Source: an uncultured Pelagibacteraceae bacterium (lineage in GTDB: Bacteria; Pseudomonadota; Alphaproteobacteria; Pelagibacterales; Pelagibacteraceae). From it: a stretch of 64,000 nt of DNA. A program made the translations under genes and the position numbers. The notes under the pieces are model-generated. The model ran no database searches. It saw nothing but the letters and a program-made list of their open reading frames with translations, and was not told the origin of the DNA. Below are positions 1 to 10,191 of the stretch, one piece after another (the stretch's first letter is position 1; each line of letters begins with the position of its first letter). The stretch lies in the NCBI GenBank assembly GCA_902634885.1, contig CACPLR010000001.1:16170-80169 (forward strand). Direction: 5' to 3'.

Positions 1-270
1 ATTGTTAATAACAATATTAAATCTGAAGGACTTGTAAAAGGAGTTATACAAATCCCAGCTGATGGTAATCCTATTATAATGCTTGCAGATCATGGTACGA
101 TAGGCGGGTATCCAAAAATAGCTACTGTTATTAGTGCTGATTTCGATAAACTCTCACAATTAACACCTGGATCAAAAATAAAGTTTAAAGAAGTAAATTT
201 AAAAGATGCAGAAACAATTTTTAAATTATATGAAATGGAAACAAATAATATAATTTCAAAAATCTTGTGA
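1..270 (+). CDS. pxpC: 5-oxoprolinase subunit C / biotin-dependent carboxyltransferase (KipA/AHS2) family, C-terminal part (5' truncated by window)
   Basis: Frame is open from base 1: ...KGVIQIPADGNPIIMLADHGTIGGYPKIATVISAD, matching the G.IQ.P.DG.PI.L..D..T.GGYPKI motif of the PxpC/KipA family. Confidence 0.8.
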   Translation: MVNNNIKSEGLVKGVIQIPADGNPIIMLADHGTIGGYPKIATVISADFDKLSQLTPGSKIKFKEVNLKDAETIFKLYEMETNNIISKIL

Positions 271-1136
271 ATATAATTTCAAAAATACCAGGTCCATTAT
301 TAGTATTTTTAGGTGCCTGCAGCCTTAGTTTTGGCGGTATGATTGTAAAGTCATTTGAAGGATCAACCTTATGGCAAATATTATTTTGGAGATCTCTTTT
401 TTTTATAGTTGTTGTATTTTTATTCTTAATAATTTCTTATAAACAAAAAATTTTTACCGTGCTTATTAAATCTGGTATTCCAGGTTTGTTTGGTGGTTTA
501 ATTTTAGCAGTAGGCTTTGCAAGTTATGTTTTTGCAATGTACAATACTACTGTAACAAACACTAATTTTATAATTCAGACACAAACGATATTTCTTGCTG
601 TGTTTGGTTATTTATTTTTAAAAGAAAAAATATCTAAAATCACTTTAGCTTCAATCATTTTGGCAATAGCTGGCATAATCATGATGGTGGGTAATTCTTT
701 ATCACCTGGAGAAATGTCTGGAAATATAGCTGCATTTCTAATGCCAATTTCATTCGCAATTTTAATTTTAGTAGTTAGAAAATATCCAGATGTTGATATG
801 GTCCCACTTCAACTTGTAGCAGGTATTTTTGCAATGATAATTGGATACTTGATGTCACCAACTATTGCAATTTCTAGCCATGATATTTTTTTAGGATTCT
901 TAGCTGGTTTTTTTCAACTGGGATTTGGATTTATTTTTATTACAGTTGGTGCAAGATCTACACCTTCTGCATTTGTTGGAATTATTATGCTTACTGAGGC
1001 AGTTTTAGGGCCTCTTTGGGCATGGACGTTTGTTAATGAAAACCCTCCTTTTATTGTTTTAATTGGTGGGTCCGTGGTTATATTCGCAGTTCTATTACAG
1101 TTTTTAACTTTATTTTTAAAAAAAAAATCTGCATAA
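267..1136 (+). CDS. DMT/EamA family transporter
   Basis: 289 aa, about 10 hydrophobic helices in two repeats, WQILFWR and E.VLGPLW motifs; GTG start overlaps the upstream stop (GTGA). Confidence 0.85.
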   Translation: MNIISKIPGPLLVFLGACSLSFGGMIVKSFEGSTLWQILFWRSLFFIVVVFLFLIISYKQKIFTVLIKSGIPGLFGGLILAVGFASYVFAMYNTTVTNTNFIIQTQTIFLAVFGYLFLKEKISKITLASIILAIAGIIMMVGNSLSPGEMSGNIAAFLMPISFAILILVVRKYPDVDMVPLQLVAGIFAMIIGYLMSPTIAISSHDIFLGFLAGFFQLGFGFIFITVGARSTPSAFVGIIMLTEAVLGPLWAWTFVNENPPFIVLIGGSVVIFAVLLQFLTLFLKKKSA

Positions 1137-1173
1137 ATATTTATATTTTATAATAAATTGTGTTATAAGATCT

Positions 1174-1311
1174 TACGGGAGAGACTACTCAATGTAGCGC
1201 CGAAGGAGCAAATACCCAATAATCTCTCAGGCAAAAGGACCGTACGTATTAACTCTGGAAAGAGATTAAGTTCTCGCCGAAGGAGCAAAACTCTCAGGCA
1301 ACAAGACAGAG
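1174..1311 (+). ncRNA. Tandem glycine riboswitch (two aptamers)
   Basis: Aptamer 1 (1174-1244): TACGG-GAGAGA...CGCCGAAGGAGCAA...CTCTCAGGCAAAAGGA-CCGTA. Aptamer 2 (1253-1311): CTCTG-GAAAGAGA...CGCCGAAGGAGCAAAACTCTCAGGCAACAAGA-CAGAG. It lies immediately upstream of gcvT. Confidence 0.97.
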
Positions 1312-1328
1312 GGGTTTAAAGAGTTAAT

Positions 1329-2432
1329 ATGATTAAAAAAACACCTTTATACAATTTACATATCCAACACGGTGCAAAAATGGTTGAGTTTGCAGGTTAT
1401 CAAATGCCTATTCAATATAAGAGTGGAATAATCCAAGAGCATAAATTTACAAGAGAAAATGCTGGTATATTTGATGTATCACATATGGGACAACTATTTA
1501 TAACTGGTTCAGATCAGCTTACAAATGATCTTGAAAAAATATTTCCAGTTAATTTAAAAAATCTAAAAATAAATCAAAGTAAATATTCTTTTTTAATGAA
1601 TGAGCAGGGAGGAATTTATGACGATTTAATTATTACAAAATTAAAAGATGGTTACTTAATTATTTTAAATGCAGCATGTAAAAAGCAAGACTTTGAAATT
1701 ATAAAAAAAAAATTAGATGACAAATATGAGTTAAATTTAGATGAAAGCTTATCTTTGATTGCACTACAAGGACCAAAAGCAAAAGATGTATTAGGAAAAG
1801 TAGTTTCAAATATAACTAATCTTAAATTTATGAACGGAGGGGAATTTGAATATGATAATTCAAATATTTACATAACAAGATCTGGTTATACTGGTGAAGA
1901 TGGTTTTGAGATCTCTATAGATAACAAAAAAGCTGAAAAATTTGTCGATCAATTAATTAATTATGGTGCTAAACTTATAGGACTTGGTGCAAGAGATACG
2001 CTAAGATTAGAGGCTGGATTATGCTTATATGGTAATGATCTTGATGAAAAAACAAGTCCGATCGAGGCAAACCTGAAATGGGCAATACCCAAATCAAGAG
2101 TTGATAGTGATTACCCTGGTTCAAATATTATAAAAAAACAAATTGATGATGGAGTAAAGACTTTAAGAGTTGGAATCAAACCTGAAACAAGAGTTATAGC
2201 AAGAGGAAATACTAAAATTTTTGATAAGAACGATAAAGAAATAGGCAAAGTTACAAGTGGTACATTTGGACCAAGTGTTGAGTGCTCAATTGCAATGGGA
2301 TATGTCGAAAACAATTACTCACCAACAAATACAAAAATCTTTTTAGAAGTCAGAGGAAAAAAAGTCCCAGCTAATGTTTGCGATTTACCATTTTATAAAA
2401 AAAACTATGTAAAAGGAGAAAAAAATGTCTGA
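1329..2432 (+). CDS. gcvT: Glycine cleavage system aminomethyltransferase T
   Basis: [19 protein letters not shown] and [17 protein letters not shown] motifs. Confidence 0.97.
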   Translation: MIKKTPLYNLHIQHGAKMVEFAGYQMPIQYKSGIIQEHKFTRENAGIFDVSHMGQLFITGSDQLTNDLEKIFPVNLKNLKINQSKYSFLMNEQGGIYDDLIITKLKDGYLIILNAACKKQDFEIIKKKLDDKYELNLDESLSLIALQGPKAKDVLGKVVSNITNLKFMNGGEFEYDNSNIYITRSGYTGEDGFEISIDNKKAEKFVDQLINYGAKLIGLGARDTLRLEAGLCLYGNDLDEKTSPIEANLKWAIPKSRVDSDYPGSNIIKKQIDDGVKTLRVGIKPETRVIARGNTKIFDKNDKEIGKVTSGTFGPSVECSIAMGYVENNYSPTNTKIFLEVRGKKVPANVCDLPFYKKNYVKGEKNV

Positions 2433-2805
2433 AGTTAAATTTTCCAAAGAGCATGAGTGGATTACACTCGAGGGTGAGGTTGCAACTATTGGAATTACAA
2501 AACATGCAACCGAAATGTTGGGTGATATTGTTTTTGCTGAGTTGCCAGAAAAAGGGAAAAATGTTGAAAAAGATGGAACTGCAGGTGTTGTAGAGTCTAC
2601 AAAAGCCGCAAGTGACGTTTACACACCTATCAGTGGAGAGGTAGTTGATATAAATCAATCTATTGTAGACGATCCAGCAAAAATTAATGAAGACCCTGAA
2701 GGTGCTGCGTGGTTTTTTAAATTGAAAGTGAAAGATTTATCAGAATTAGACACGTTAATGAATAAAGAAGAATACGAGAAATTTGCAAAGGAGACATCAA
2801 GCTAA
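2425..2805 (+). CDS. gcvH: Glycine cleavage system H protein
   Basis: EHEW, LGDIVF, lipoyl-Lys motif [13 protein letters not shown]. Confidence 0.97.
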   Translation: MSEVKFSKEHEWITLEGEVATIGITKHATEMLGDIVFAELPEKGKNVEKDGTAGVVESTKAASDVYTPISGEVVDINQSIVDDPAKINEDPEGAAWFFKLKVKDLSELDTLMNKEEYEKFAKETSS

Positions 2806-5675
2806 TGTTACATAATTCACAAAAAGACTTTATTCGAAGACACATAGGTCCTTCAAATAATGAGCAACAAAAAATGCTCAAAGAACTTAACTTTAAGTCA
2901 TTGGATGATCTTATAAATAGTACTGTTCCAGATAAAATACAGTTCAAAGGTGAACTAAATATTGGAGAGCCGAATTCCGAATACGAAGCGCTTAGAAAAT
3001 TAAAATCAATTTCAAAAAAAAACCAAATTTACTCCAATTTTATTGGCATGGGTTATTATGGAACTTATACACCGTATGTTATTTTAAGAAATATATTGGA
3101 AAATCCTGGTTGGTATACATCATACACCCCTTACCAACCTGAAGTAGCTCAAGGAAGATTAGAAATGCTGTTAAACTTTCAACAAATGATTGTTGATTTT
3201 ACAGGAATGGATATTGCAAATGCATCTTTACTTGACGAGGGAACCGCAGCAGCAGAGGCCATGGGCTTAAGTTATAGACTTAATAAAAGTGACAGTAATT
3301 TAGTTTTTATTTCAGAGAATTGTCATCCACAAACAATCGAAGTTGTTCAAACAAGAGCAGAACCTATGGGTCTTAAAGTTCTTGTTGGAAATGAGGATAA
3401 AGTTTTAGATCAGCTAAAAGAAGATGTTGTTTGCGGAATTTTGCAATATCCAGGAACTTTGGGTGACATTAAAGATCCAAGTGAACATATTAGTAAAATT
3501 CATAAAAAAAATGGTAAAGCGATCTTGGCTTGTGATTTATTGGCACTTGCTAAACTAAAAACACCAGGAGAACTTGGTGCTGATATAGCGGTTGGTAGCT
3601 CACAAAGATTTGGTATTCCAATGGGTTATGGAGGACCGCATGCAGCCTTTTTTGCAACAAAAGACGAATTTAAAAGATCTATGCCAGGAAGAATCGTTGG
3701 TGTTTCAGTTGATAGACATGGAAATAAGGCATACAGATTATCTCTACAAACTAGAGAGCAGCACATCAGAAGAGACAAAGCAACAAGTAATATTTGTACA
3801 GCACAAGCTTTACTGGCAATTGTATCAGCAGCTTATGCAATATATCATGGACCACAGGGATTAAAGGAAATTTCTGAAAGAGTATCTCAGCTAGCAAAAA
3901 ATTTTGCTGATAAAATAAAACAATCTGGATATGAATTATATTCAGATTATTTTTTTGATACTGTAACTATAATCACTAAAGAGAAGACTGATCAAATTTT
4001 TAAAAATGCTTTAGATCAAAAGGTTAATATAAGAAAAGTAAATTCAGAAATGCTTGCCATTTCTTTTGATGAAAGAAAAAATGTTTACAGAGTTAATCAA
4101 TTACTTAAAATTTTTAATGCAGCGGAATCAATTAAAAAAGAAGATCCTACAGTAAGTTTGCCTAACCTACCGAAAAATTTATTAAGAACTTCAAAATACT
4201 TAGAACATCCTGTTTTCAATTCATATCACTCAGAGACAGAAATGCTTAGATATCTTAAAAAGTTGGAAGATAAGGACATAGCTCTTAATAGAACTATGAT
4301 TGCACTAGGCTCGTGTACAATGAAATTAAACGCGACTGCAGAAATGATACCTATTTCGTGGAGAGAATTAGCCGAGCCTCATCCATTTGTTCCTGTTGAA
4401 CAAATGGAAGGATATAGAGCGTTGTTCACTGATCTTAAAAATTGGTTAAGATCAATAACTGGTTTTTCTGGTGTTTCTCTTCAACCAAATGCAGGCGCTC
4501 AAGGTGAATACGCAGGATTAATGGTGATAAGAAAATATCATTTAGATAGAGGCGAAAAAAATAGAAATATATGCTTAATACCAAGCTCAGCACATGGAAC
4601 TAATCCAGCAAGCGCCCAGATGGTGGGAATGAAGGTGGTAGTAGTTAATTGTGATAAAGAGGGAAATGTTGATTTTGAGGATTTAAAGAAAAAAGCAGAA
4701 ACACACTCGGAAAATCTAGGTGCTTTAATGGTTACATATCCATCCACACATGGAGTATTTGAGGAAAAAATAAAAGACATCTGTGAATTAATTCATAAAC
4801 ATGGAGGCCAAGTTTATATGGATGGTGCAAACTTAAATGCACTTGTTGGTATAGCAAAACCAGGAAATTTCGGTCCAGATGTTTGTCATATAAACTTACA
4901 TAAAACATTCTGTATTCCTCACGGTGGAGGAGGGCCTGGAATGGGACCTATTGCGTGTAAAAGACATTTACAAATTTATCTTCCCAATCACCCAGTTGTT
5001 AAAGATTGTGGACCTTCAACTGGGATTGGACCTGTCTCAGCAGCACCTTGGGGAAGCTCAAGTATTTTATCAATTTCATGGATGTATATCAAAATGATGG
5101 GCTCTCAAGGATTAAGACTTGCAACACAAATTGCGATACTAAATGCAAATTACATAGCAAATAGGTTAAAAGATCACTATCCAATACTTTACAAAGGCTC
5201 AAATGGTAATGTGGCTCATGAATGCATTATTGATATTAGATCAATTAAGAGTGAAACAGGTATTACTGAAGAAGATATTGCTAAAAGATTGATAGATTAT
5301 GGTTTTCATGCACCAACCATGTCATGGCCAGTTGCTGGTACAATGATGATAGAACCAACTGAAAGTGAGAGTTTGTCTGAGCTGGATAGATTTTGTGATA
5401 CCTTGATTAGCATTAAATCAGAAATTGACATGATCAAGTCAGGTAAATTTGATAAAGTCGATAACCCAATAAAAAATGCTCCACATACCGATTTTGAATT
5501 AGCTTCAGACGAATGGACACATAAATATTCAAGAGAGCAAGCTGCTTATCCTGCAAAATTTTTGAGAGTAAATAAATTTTGGCCTCCAGTTGCAAGAGTA
5601 GACAATGTTTATGGAGATAAAAATATATTTTGTACCTGTCCAAGTATTGACGAATTTAAAGAAGATGCTGCATAA
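2805..5675 (+). CDS. gcvP: Glycine dehydrogenase (decarboxylating), single-chain P protein
   Basis: YTPYQPEVAQGRLE, TREQHIRRDKATSNICTAQ, PLP-Lys HINLHKTFCIPHGGGGPG. Confidence 0.98.
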   Translation: MLHNSQKDFIRRHIGPSNNEQQKMLKELNFKSLDDLINSTVPDKIQFKGELNIGEPNSEYEALRKLKSISKKNQIYSNFIGMGYYGTYTPYVILRNILENPGWYTSYTPYQPEVAQGRLEMLLNFQQMIVDFTGMDIANASLLDEGTAAAEAMGLSYRLNKSDSNLVFISENCHPQTIEVVQTRAEPMGLKVLVGNEDKVLDQLKEDVVCGILQYPGTLGDIKDPSEHISKIHKKNGKAILACDLLALAKLKTPGELGADIAVGSSQRFGIPMGYGGPHAAFFATKDEFKRSMPGRIVGVSVDRHGNKAYRLSLQTREQHIRRDKATSNICTAQALLAIVSAAYAIYHGPQGLKEISERVSQLAKNFADKIKQSGYELYSDYFFDTVTIITKEKTDQIFKNALDQKVNIRKVNSEMLAISFDERKNVYRVNQLLKIFNAAESIKKEDPTVSLPNLPKNLLRTSKYLEHPVFNSYHSETEMLRYLKKLEDKDIALNRTMIALGSCTMKLNATAEMIPISWRELAEPHPFVPVEQMEGYRALFTDLKNWLRSITGFSGVSLQPNAGAQGEYAGLMVIRKYHLDRGEKNRNICLIPSSAHGTNPASAQMVGMKVVVVNCDKEGNVDFEDLKKKAETHSENLGALMVTYPSTHGVFEEKIKDICELIHKHGGQVYMDGANLNALVGIAKPGNFGPDVCHINLHKTFCIPHGGGGPGMGPIACKRHLQIYLPNHPVVKDCGPSTGIGPVSAAPWGSSSILSISWMYIKMMGSQGLRLATQIAILNANYIANRLKDHYPILYKGSNGNVAHECIIDIRSIKSETGITEEDIAKRLIDYGFHAPTMSWPVAGTMMIEPTESESLSELDRFCDTLISIKSEIDMIKSGKFDKVDNPIKNAPHTDFELASDEWTHKYSREQAAYPAKFLRVNKFWPPVARVDNVYGDKNIFCTCPSIDEFKEDAA

Positions 5676-5681
5676 GTTTTA

Positions 5682-6920
5682 ATGAAAATCGGAGTTGTTG
5701 GATCAGGCATCTCAGGTCTTAGCGCAGCTTACTATCTTTCAAAAAAACACCAAGTTGATTTATTTGAAAAAGAAGATCATTTTGGGGGTCACTCACATAC
5801 AATTGATTTATTAATCGATGAAAAAAAAATATCTGTTGATATTGGATTTATAGTTTTTAACCACAAAACTTATCCTAACTTAATTAAATTTTTTGATGAA
5901 AATAATGTTCATATAGAAAAAAGTGATATGTCCTTTGCTGTATCAGTTAAAGATACTAAATTTGAATATTGTGGAAGAGGTCTGAAGGGTATTTTCGCAA
6001 ATAAATTGAATTTATTTAATAAATCTTTTTTAAAAATGTTTTTTGACATTTTAAAATTTTATAAAAATTGTGAAAGAATAAATCAATTCGATCAAAAAAT
6101 TACCTTAGGAGATTATTTAGTTAAAAATAAATTATCTGATTCATTTATAAATTTTCATTTAATACCAATGGTTTCAGCTATTTGGTCTATGCCACCGTAT
6201 GAAGCTAGCAAAATGCCTTTAAAATTTTTCCTAAAATTCTTCCAAAATCACGGTTTATTCAAATTAAAAAACAGACCGCAATGGTACACAGTCGCCAAAA
6301 GAAGCCGGACTTATGTTACAAAAGTACTTTCAAGCATAAGTGGTGAATATTATAAAAATTATAATGTTAATAGATTAATAAGAAGATCAAATGGAATTGA
6401 CTTATATTATGGAGATAAAAGTGAATTCTTTAGTTATGACAAAGTGGTTTTAGCTAGTCACGCAGATCAAGCATTATCAATAATTGATGAGCCAACAAAA
6501 GAAGAGCAGGAGATTTTATCTAAGTTTAAATACAGAGAAAATATTGCCGTTATACATACAGATGAAAGTATAATGCCCAATAACAAAGATATATGGAGCT
6601 CTTGGAATTCAAGCGTAGATAAAAATAACGTAAAAAATAATTCTATAACCTATTGGTTAAATCTCCTACAAAATTTAGATTTCAATAAAAATATATTTTT
6701 AACCTTAAATCCAAATTTCAAAATTAATGAAGATAAAATATTAAAAAAAGTAAATTTTACTCATCCATATTTCGATCAATCAGCACTAGATAACCAAGAT
6801 AAATTAAAAAATTTACAAAATAAAAATAATTTACTTTTTTGTGGGAGTTATTTTGGATATGGTTTTCATGAAGATGGAATTAAATCATCCATTGAAATGA
6901 TAAAAGCCATAGATGATTAA
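5682..6920 (+). CDS. FAD-dependent oxidoreductase, UfaD/RSP_1091-like putative fatty-acyl desaturase
   Basis: GSGISGL Rossmann motif, GGHSHT, VDIGFIVFN..TYPN, C-terminal GYGFHEDG; followed by DUF1365 and cfa-type genes. Confidence 0.8.
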   Translation: MKIGVVGSGISGLSAAYYLSKKHQVDLFEKEDHFGGHSHTIDLLIDEKKISVDIGFIVFNHKTYPNLIKFFDENNVHIEKSDMSFAVSVKDTKFEYCGRGLKGIFANKLNLFNKSFLKMFFDILKFYKNCERINQFDQKITLGDYLVKNKLSDSFINFHLIPMVSAIWSMPPYEASKMPLKFFLKFFQNHGLFKLKNRPQWYTVAKRSRTYVTKVLSSISGEYYKNYNVNRLIRRSNGIDLYYGDKSEFFSYDKVVLASHADQALSIIDEPTKEEQEILSKFKYRENIAVIHTDESIMPNNKDIWSSWNSSVDKNNVKNNSITYWLNLLQNLDFNKNIFLTLNPNFKINEDKILKKVNFTHPYFDQSALDNQDKLKNLQNKNNLLFCGSYFGYGFHEDGIKSSIEMIKAIDD

Positions 6921-7680
6921 GAATTCAAAAATTTATATTGGAAAAGTAATACATAAAAGATTCAAACCTAAAGAACATTATTTTAAATATAATGTATTTT
7001 CACTATTAATAGATTTAAATGAGCTGGAAGAAATTAACAAATATATAAATTTTTTTTCATACAATAAATTTAATATTATAAGTTTTTATGACAAAGATCA
7101 CGGAGACAGAGATGGATCCTCGATAAAATTATGGGTTAAAAAAAATCTAAGGAATATTGGAATTATGACAGAGGATATAAGTATAAAATTGTTATGTTAT
7201 CCAAGAATCTTTGGTTATGTATTTAACCCCTTAAGTACATATTTTATATATAACAAGCACTCAGAATTAATTTCTATTTTTTATGAGGTAAAAAATACTT
7301 TCGGTGAGCAACATACATATATTTTTAAAGCTCAAGATGAAAAAACAGTTCAAAATAAATGTAAAAAAAAATTTTATGTTTCGCCATTTATAGAGATGGA
7401 TTGTGAGTACCATTTTAAAACACTTAATCCAAGAGAACAACTATCAGTAGTAATTAACCAGAATGATAAAGATGGTAAACTTTTATTTGCCTCTCAAGAT
7501 GGCATATCAAAGGATTTTAATAATAAAAATTTAATATTATCCTATTTAACTCACCCGTTAATGACTTTTAAGATCATTGGAGCTATTCATTATGAAGCAT
7601 TTAAATTATGGGCAAAAAGAATAAAACTGATAGCAAAAAAGATTAAATTGAAAAATAATATTACAATTGAAAGTAAATGA
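6913..7680 (+). CDS. DUF1365 family protein (UfaO/RSP_1090-like)
   Basis: H.RF.PK.H.F.Y, PRIFGYVFNPLS, EVKNTFGEQHTY, FYVSPF and IHYEAFKLW motifs. Confidence 0.88.
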   Translation: MIKNSKIYIGKVIHKRFKPKEHYFKYNVFSLLIDLNELEEINKYINFFSYNKFNIISFYDKDHGDRDGSSIKLWVKKNLRNIGIMTEDISIKLLCYPRIFGYVFNPLSTYFIYNKHSELISIFYEVKNTFGEQHTYIFKAQDEKTVQNKCKKKFYVSPFIEMDCEYHFKTLNPREQLSVVINQNDKDGKLLFASQDGISKDFNNKNLILSYLTHPLMTFKIIGAIHYEAFKLWAKRIKLIAKKIKLKNNITIESK

Positions 7681-8855
7681 ATTTAAATAATTGGTCAGAT
7701 AAAATTGTTTTTAGTTCACTTAAATTAATCAAAAAAGGACATCTTATTCTGACAAATTATGATGACGAGAAATATTTATTTGGTGATCCAAGTCAAAAGC
7801 TTAAAGTAAAAATTAAAATAAACAAACCTGGATTTACTTATCAAATAGTTAAAAGTGGTAGCACAGGACTTGCAGAAGCTTACATGCGAGGTGATTTTGA
7901 GACAGATGACTTGACAAATTTAATAGAATTAACTGCTAAAAACATTAAACTAGTGTACAAATTTTCAGGATTACTAGATTTTTCATTATTCAATAAAATT
8001 AAAAATTTTCTTTTAAAAAATAATAAATCTAGAAGTAAAAAAAATATTTCAAAACACTACGATTTGGGAAATGAATTTTTCTCTTTATGGCTTGATCCAA
8101 CCTTAACTTATTCAAGCGCCATTTTTGATCAAAAGGACAATGATTTGGAGAAGGCACAAATTAATAAGTATAAAAAATTAGTTGAATTAATTAGACCAAA
8201 ATCAGGAAATAAAATTTTAGAAATAGGATGTGGTTGGGGCGGTTTTGCTGAATATGTAGGTAAAAATCATGATGTAAAACTTGATTGTATAACAATTTCA
8301 AAAAAACAATTTGAGTATGCATCAAATCGAATATTTAAAAATGGTCTTAATGAAAAAATTAATATTCAATTTATGGATTATAGAGATGTAAAACAAAAAT
8401 ATAATTCAATTGCATCAATAGAGATGATAGAGGCTGTTGGACAAAATTATTTAGAAAATTATTTTAAATCAATTAAGACGAATCTCGTTAGAGATGGCAG
8501 TGCAGCTATACAAGCTATAACAATAGATGATAATTTATTTGATAGATATAAAACTAAAGAAGATTTTATTCAAAAGTATATTTTTCCTGGTGGTTTCTTA
8601 CCATCAAAAAAAAAATTATACGATTTGTCACAAAATAATGGTTTAGCTATCAATCAATATAATTCTTATGGACTCCATTATTCGAATACACTTAAAATTT
8701 GGCGTGATGAGTTTTTTAAAAAATGGGAAGAGATCTCTAAGCAAGGATTTGATAATAAATTTAAAAGAATGTGGCACTTTTATTTATCTTATTGTGAAGC
8801 AGGGTTTAAATCAAAAAACATAGATTTGATCCAATTCTCATTACAAAACAGATGA
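7677..8855 (+). CDS. cfa: Cyclopropane-fatty-acyl-phospholipid synthase family SAM methyltransferase (UfaM/CfaS-like)
   Basis: HYDLGNEFF, LEIGCGWGG SAM motif, IEMIEAVG, FIQKYIFPGG, YLSYCEAGF. Confidence 0.9.
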   Translation: MNLNNWSDKIVFSSLKLIKKGHLILTNYDDEKYLFGDPSQKLKVKIKINKPGFTYQIVKSGSTGLAEAYMRGDFETDDLTNLIELTAKNIKLVYKFSGLLDFSLFNKIKNFLLKNNKSRSKKNISKHYDLGNEFFSLWLDPTLTYSSAIFDQKDNDLEKAQINKYKKLVELIRPKSGNKILEIGCGWGGFAEYVGKNHDVKLDCITISKKQFEYASNRIFKNGLNEKINIQFMDYRDVKQKYNSIASIEMIEAVGQNYLENYFKSIKTNLVRDGSAAIQAITIDDNLFDRYKTKEDFIQKYIFPGGFLPSKKKLYDLSQNNGLAINQYNSYGLHYSNTLKIWRDEFFKKWEEISKQGFDNKFKRMWHFYLSYCEAGFKSKNIDLIQFSLQNR

Positions 8856-8862
8856 GATACTT

Positions 8863-9411
8863 ATGATTATTTTTTCTAATATTAAATCAATTTTATTGAT
8901 AATTTTTTTTGGATTGATTACAAGTTGTTCAGGTAATCAATCTATGAAACCTCAAGATTTTAAAGATAAAAAACCAAGACTTGTAATAGAAGAATATTTG
9001 TCAGGTAATGTAAAAGCATGGGGTATTCTTCAAAACAGATCAGGTAAAGTTACAAGACAATTTTCAGCAACTTTAAATGGAAATTGGGATGGGAAAAAAC
9101 TTATATTAGATGAGAAATTTAATTGGGATGATGGTGAAGTACAAGATAGACAATGGCATATCACAAAACTAGATGAGCATAATTATGAAGGCACAGCTTC
9201 TGATGTGGTTGGAAAAGCAAAAGGATATTCTTATGGTCCTGCTTTTAAATTTGAATATGTTTTATTAGTCCCTGTGAAAGGAAAAGAGATAAAAATTACC
9301 TTTGATGATTGGATATTTATGCAAGATGAAAAAGTTGCAATCAACAGAGCAAAAATGACTAAATTCGGTTTTAAAGTTGCTGAACTAACTGTTTTTTTTG
9401 TTAAGGAATAA
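8863..9411 (+). CDS. DUF3833 family lipoprotein
   Basis: Lipobox-like LITSC; G.V.AWG..Q.RSG.V.RQF, ASDVVGKA, FDDWIF; typical neighbour of cfa/DUF1365. Confidence 0.8.
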   Translation: MIIFSNIKSILLIIFFGLITSCSGNQSMKPQDFKDKKPRLVIEEYLSGNVKAWGILQNRSGKVTRQFSATLNGNWDGKKLILDEKFNWDDGEVQDRQWHITKLDEHNYEGTASDVVGKAKGYSYGPAFKFEYVLLVPVKGKEIKITFDDWIFMQDEKVAINRAKMTKFGFKVAELTVFFVKE

Positions 9412-10167
9412 TTATTTTTTTTGAAACTTAGTAAGTTTTTTTACTAAATAAAAATATATTCTGTATGGCAAAATACTAAAAAATTTTAGCGTTAAAGTTA
9501 ATTCTTTTGGAAAATGTATTTCAAAATTATTTTTCTTTATTAATCCATCATAAATTTTTTCTGCAGCATACTCAGGAGTTTTTAAAAAAGGCATTTTAAA
9601 ATCATTTTTATCAGTCATAGGTGTCTTTATAAAACCTGGAGAAACTAAGCAAACTCGTACATTAAATCTGCCAAAATCAAAATAAAGACTTTCAGCAAGA
9701 TTATTTAAAGCAGATTTTGATGGGCCATACCCTGTTGAATTAGGCAAACCTCTGTAGCCTGCAATAGAAGATACAATTACAATTGCACCATCTTTCTTGT
9801 CTTTATAATATTGTTCAACAGCTTTAATAGAATTAACAGTTCCAAAAAAGTTTACTCGAAATACATTTTCAATTTGTTCAACATCTATATCCTTTTCTTT
9901 CTTTGGGTCCCATGTTCCAGTTGAAAAAAAGCAAATATCAACTCCTCCAAACTTTTCAACAATTTGATCAAAAATAATTTTACAATCATTTTTATTTGTT
10001 ACATCTAAACTAAAATCATAAATATTTTCAAAATTTTCTGATAATTCTTTTAGTAAATTTTCACGTCTTGCAGATATAGCAACATTCCATCCTTCATTAG
10101 CAAACTTGATGGCTAATGCTTTTCCAATTCCAGTGCTACCTCCAGTGATCCAAATTGTTTTTTTCAT
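9412..10167 (-). CDS. Short-chain dehydrogenase/reductase (RSP_1087-like)
   Basis: WITGGSTGIG, SSIAGYRGLP, YGPSK catalytic motif, PGFIKTPMTDKNDFKMPF. Confidence 0.88.
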   Translation of the reverse strand: MKKTIWITGGSTGIGKALAIKFANEGWNVAISARRENLLKELSENFENIYDFSLDVTNKNDCKIIFDQIVEKFGGVDICFFSTGTWDPKKEKDIDVEQIENVFRVNFFGTVNSIKAVEQYYKDKKDGAIVIVSSIAGYRGLPNSTGYGPSKSALNNLAESLYFDFGRFNVRVCLVSPGFIKTPMTDKNDFKMPFLKTPEYAAEKIYDGLIKKNNFEIHFPKELTLTLKFFSILPYRIYFYLVKKLTKFQKK

Positions 10168-10191
10168 TATATTCTGTTGTATAGTATTTAA

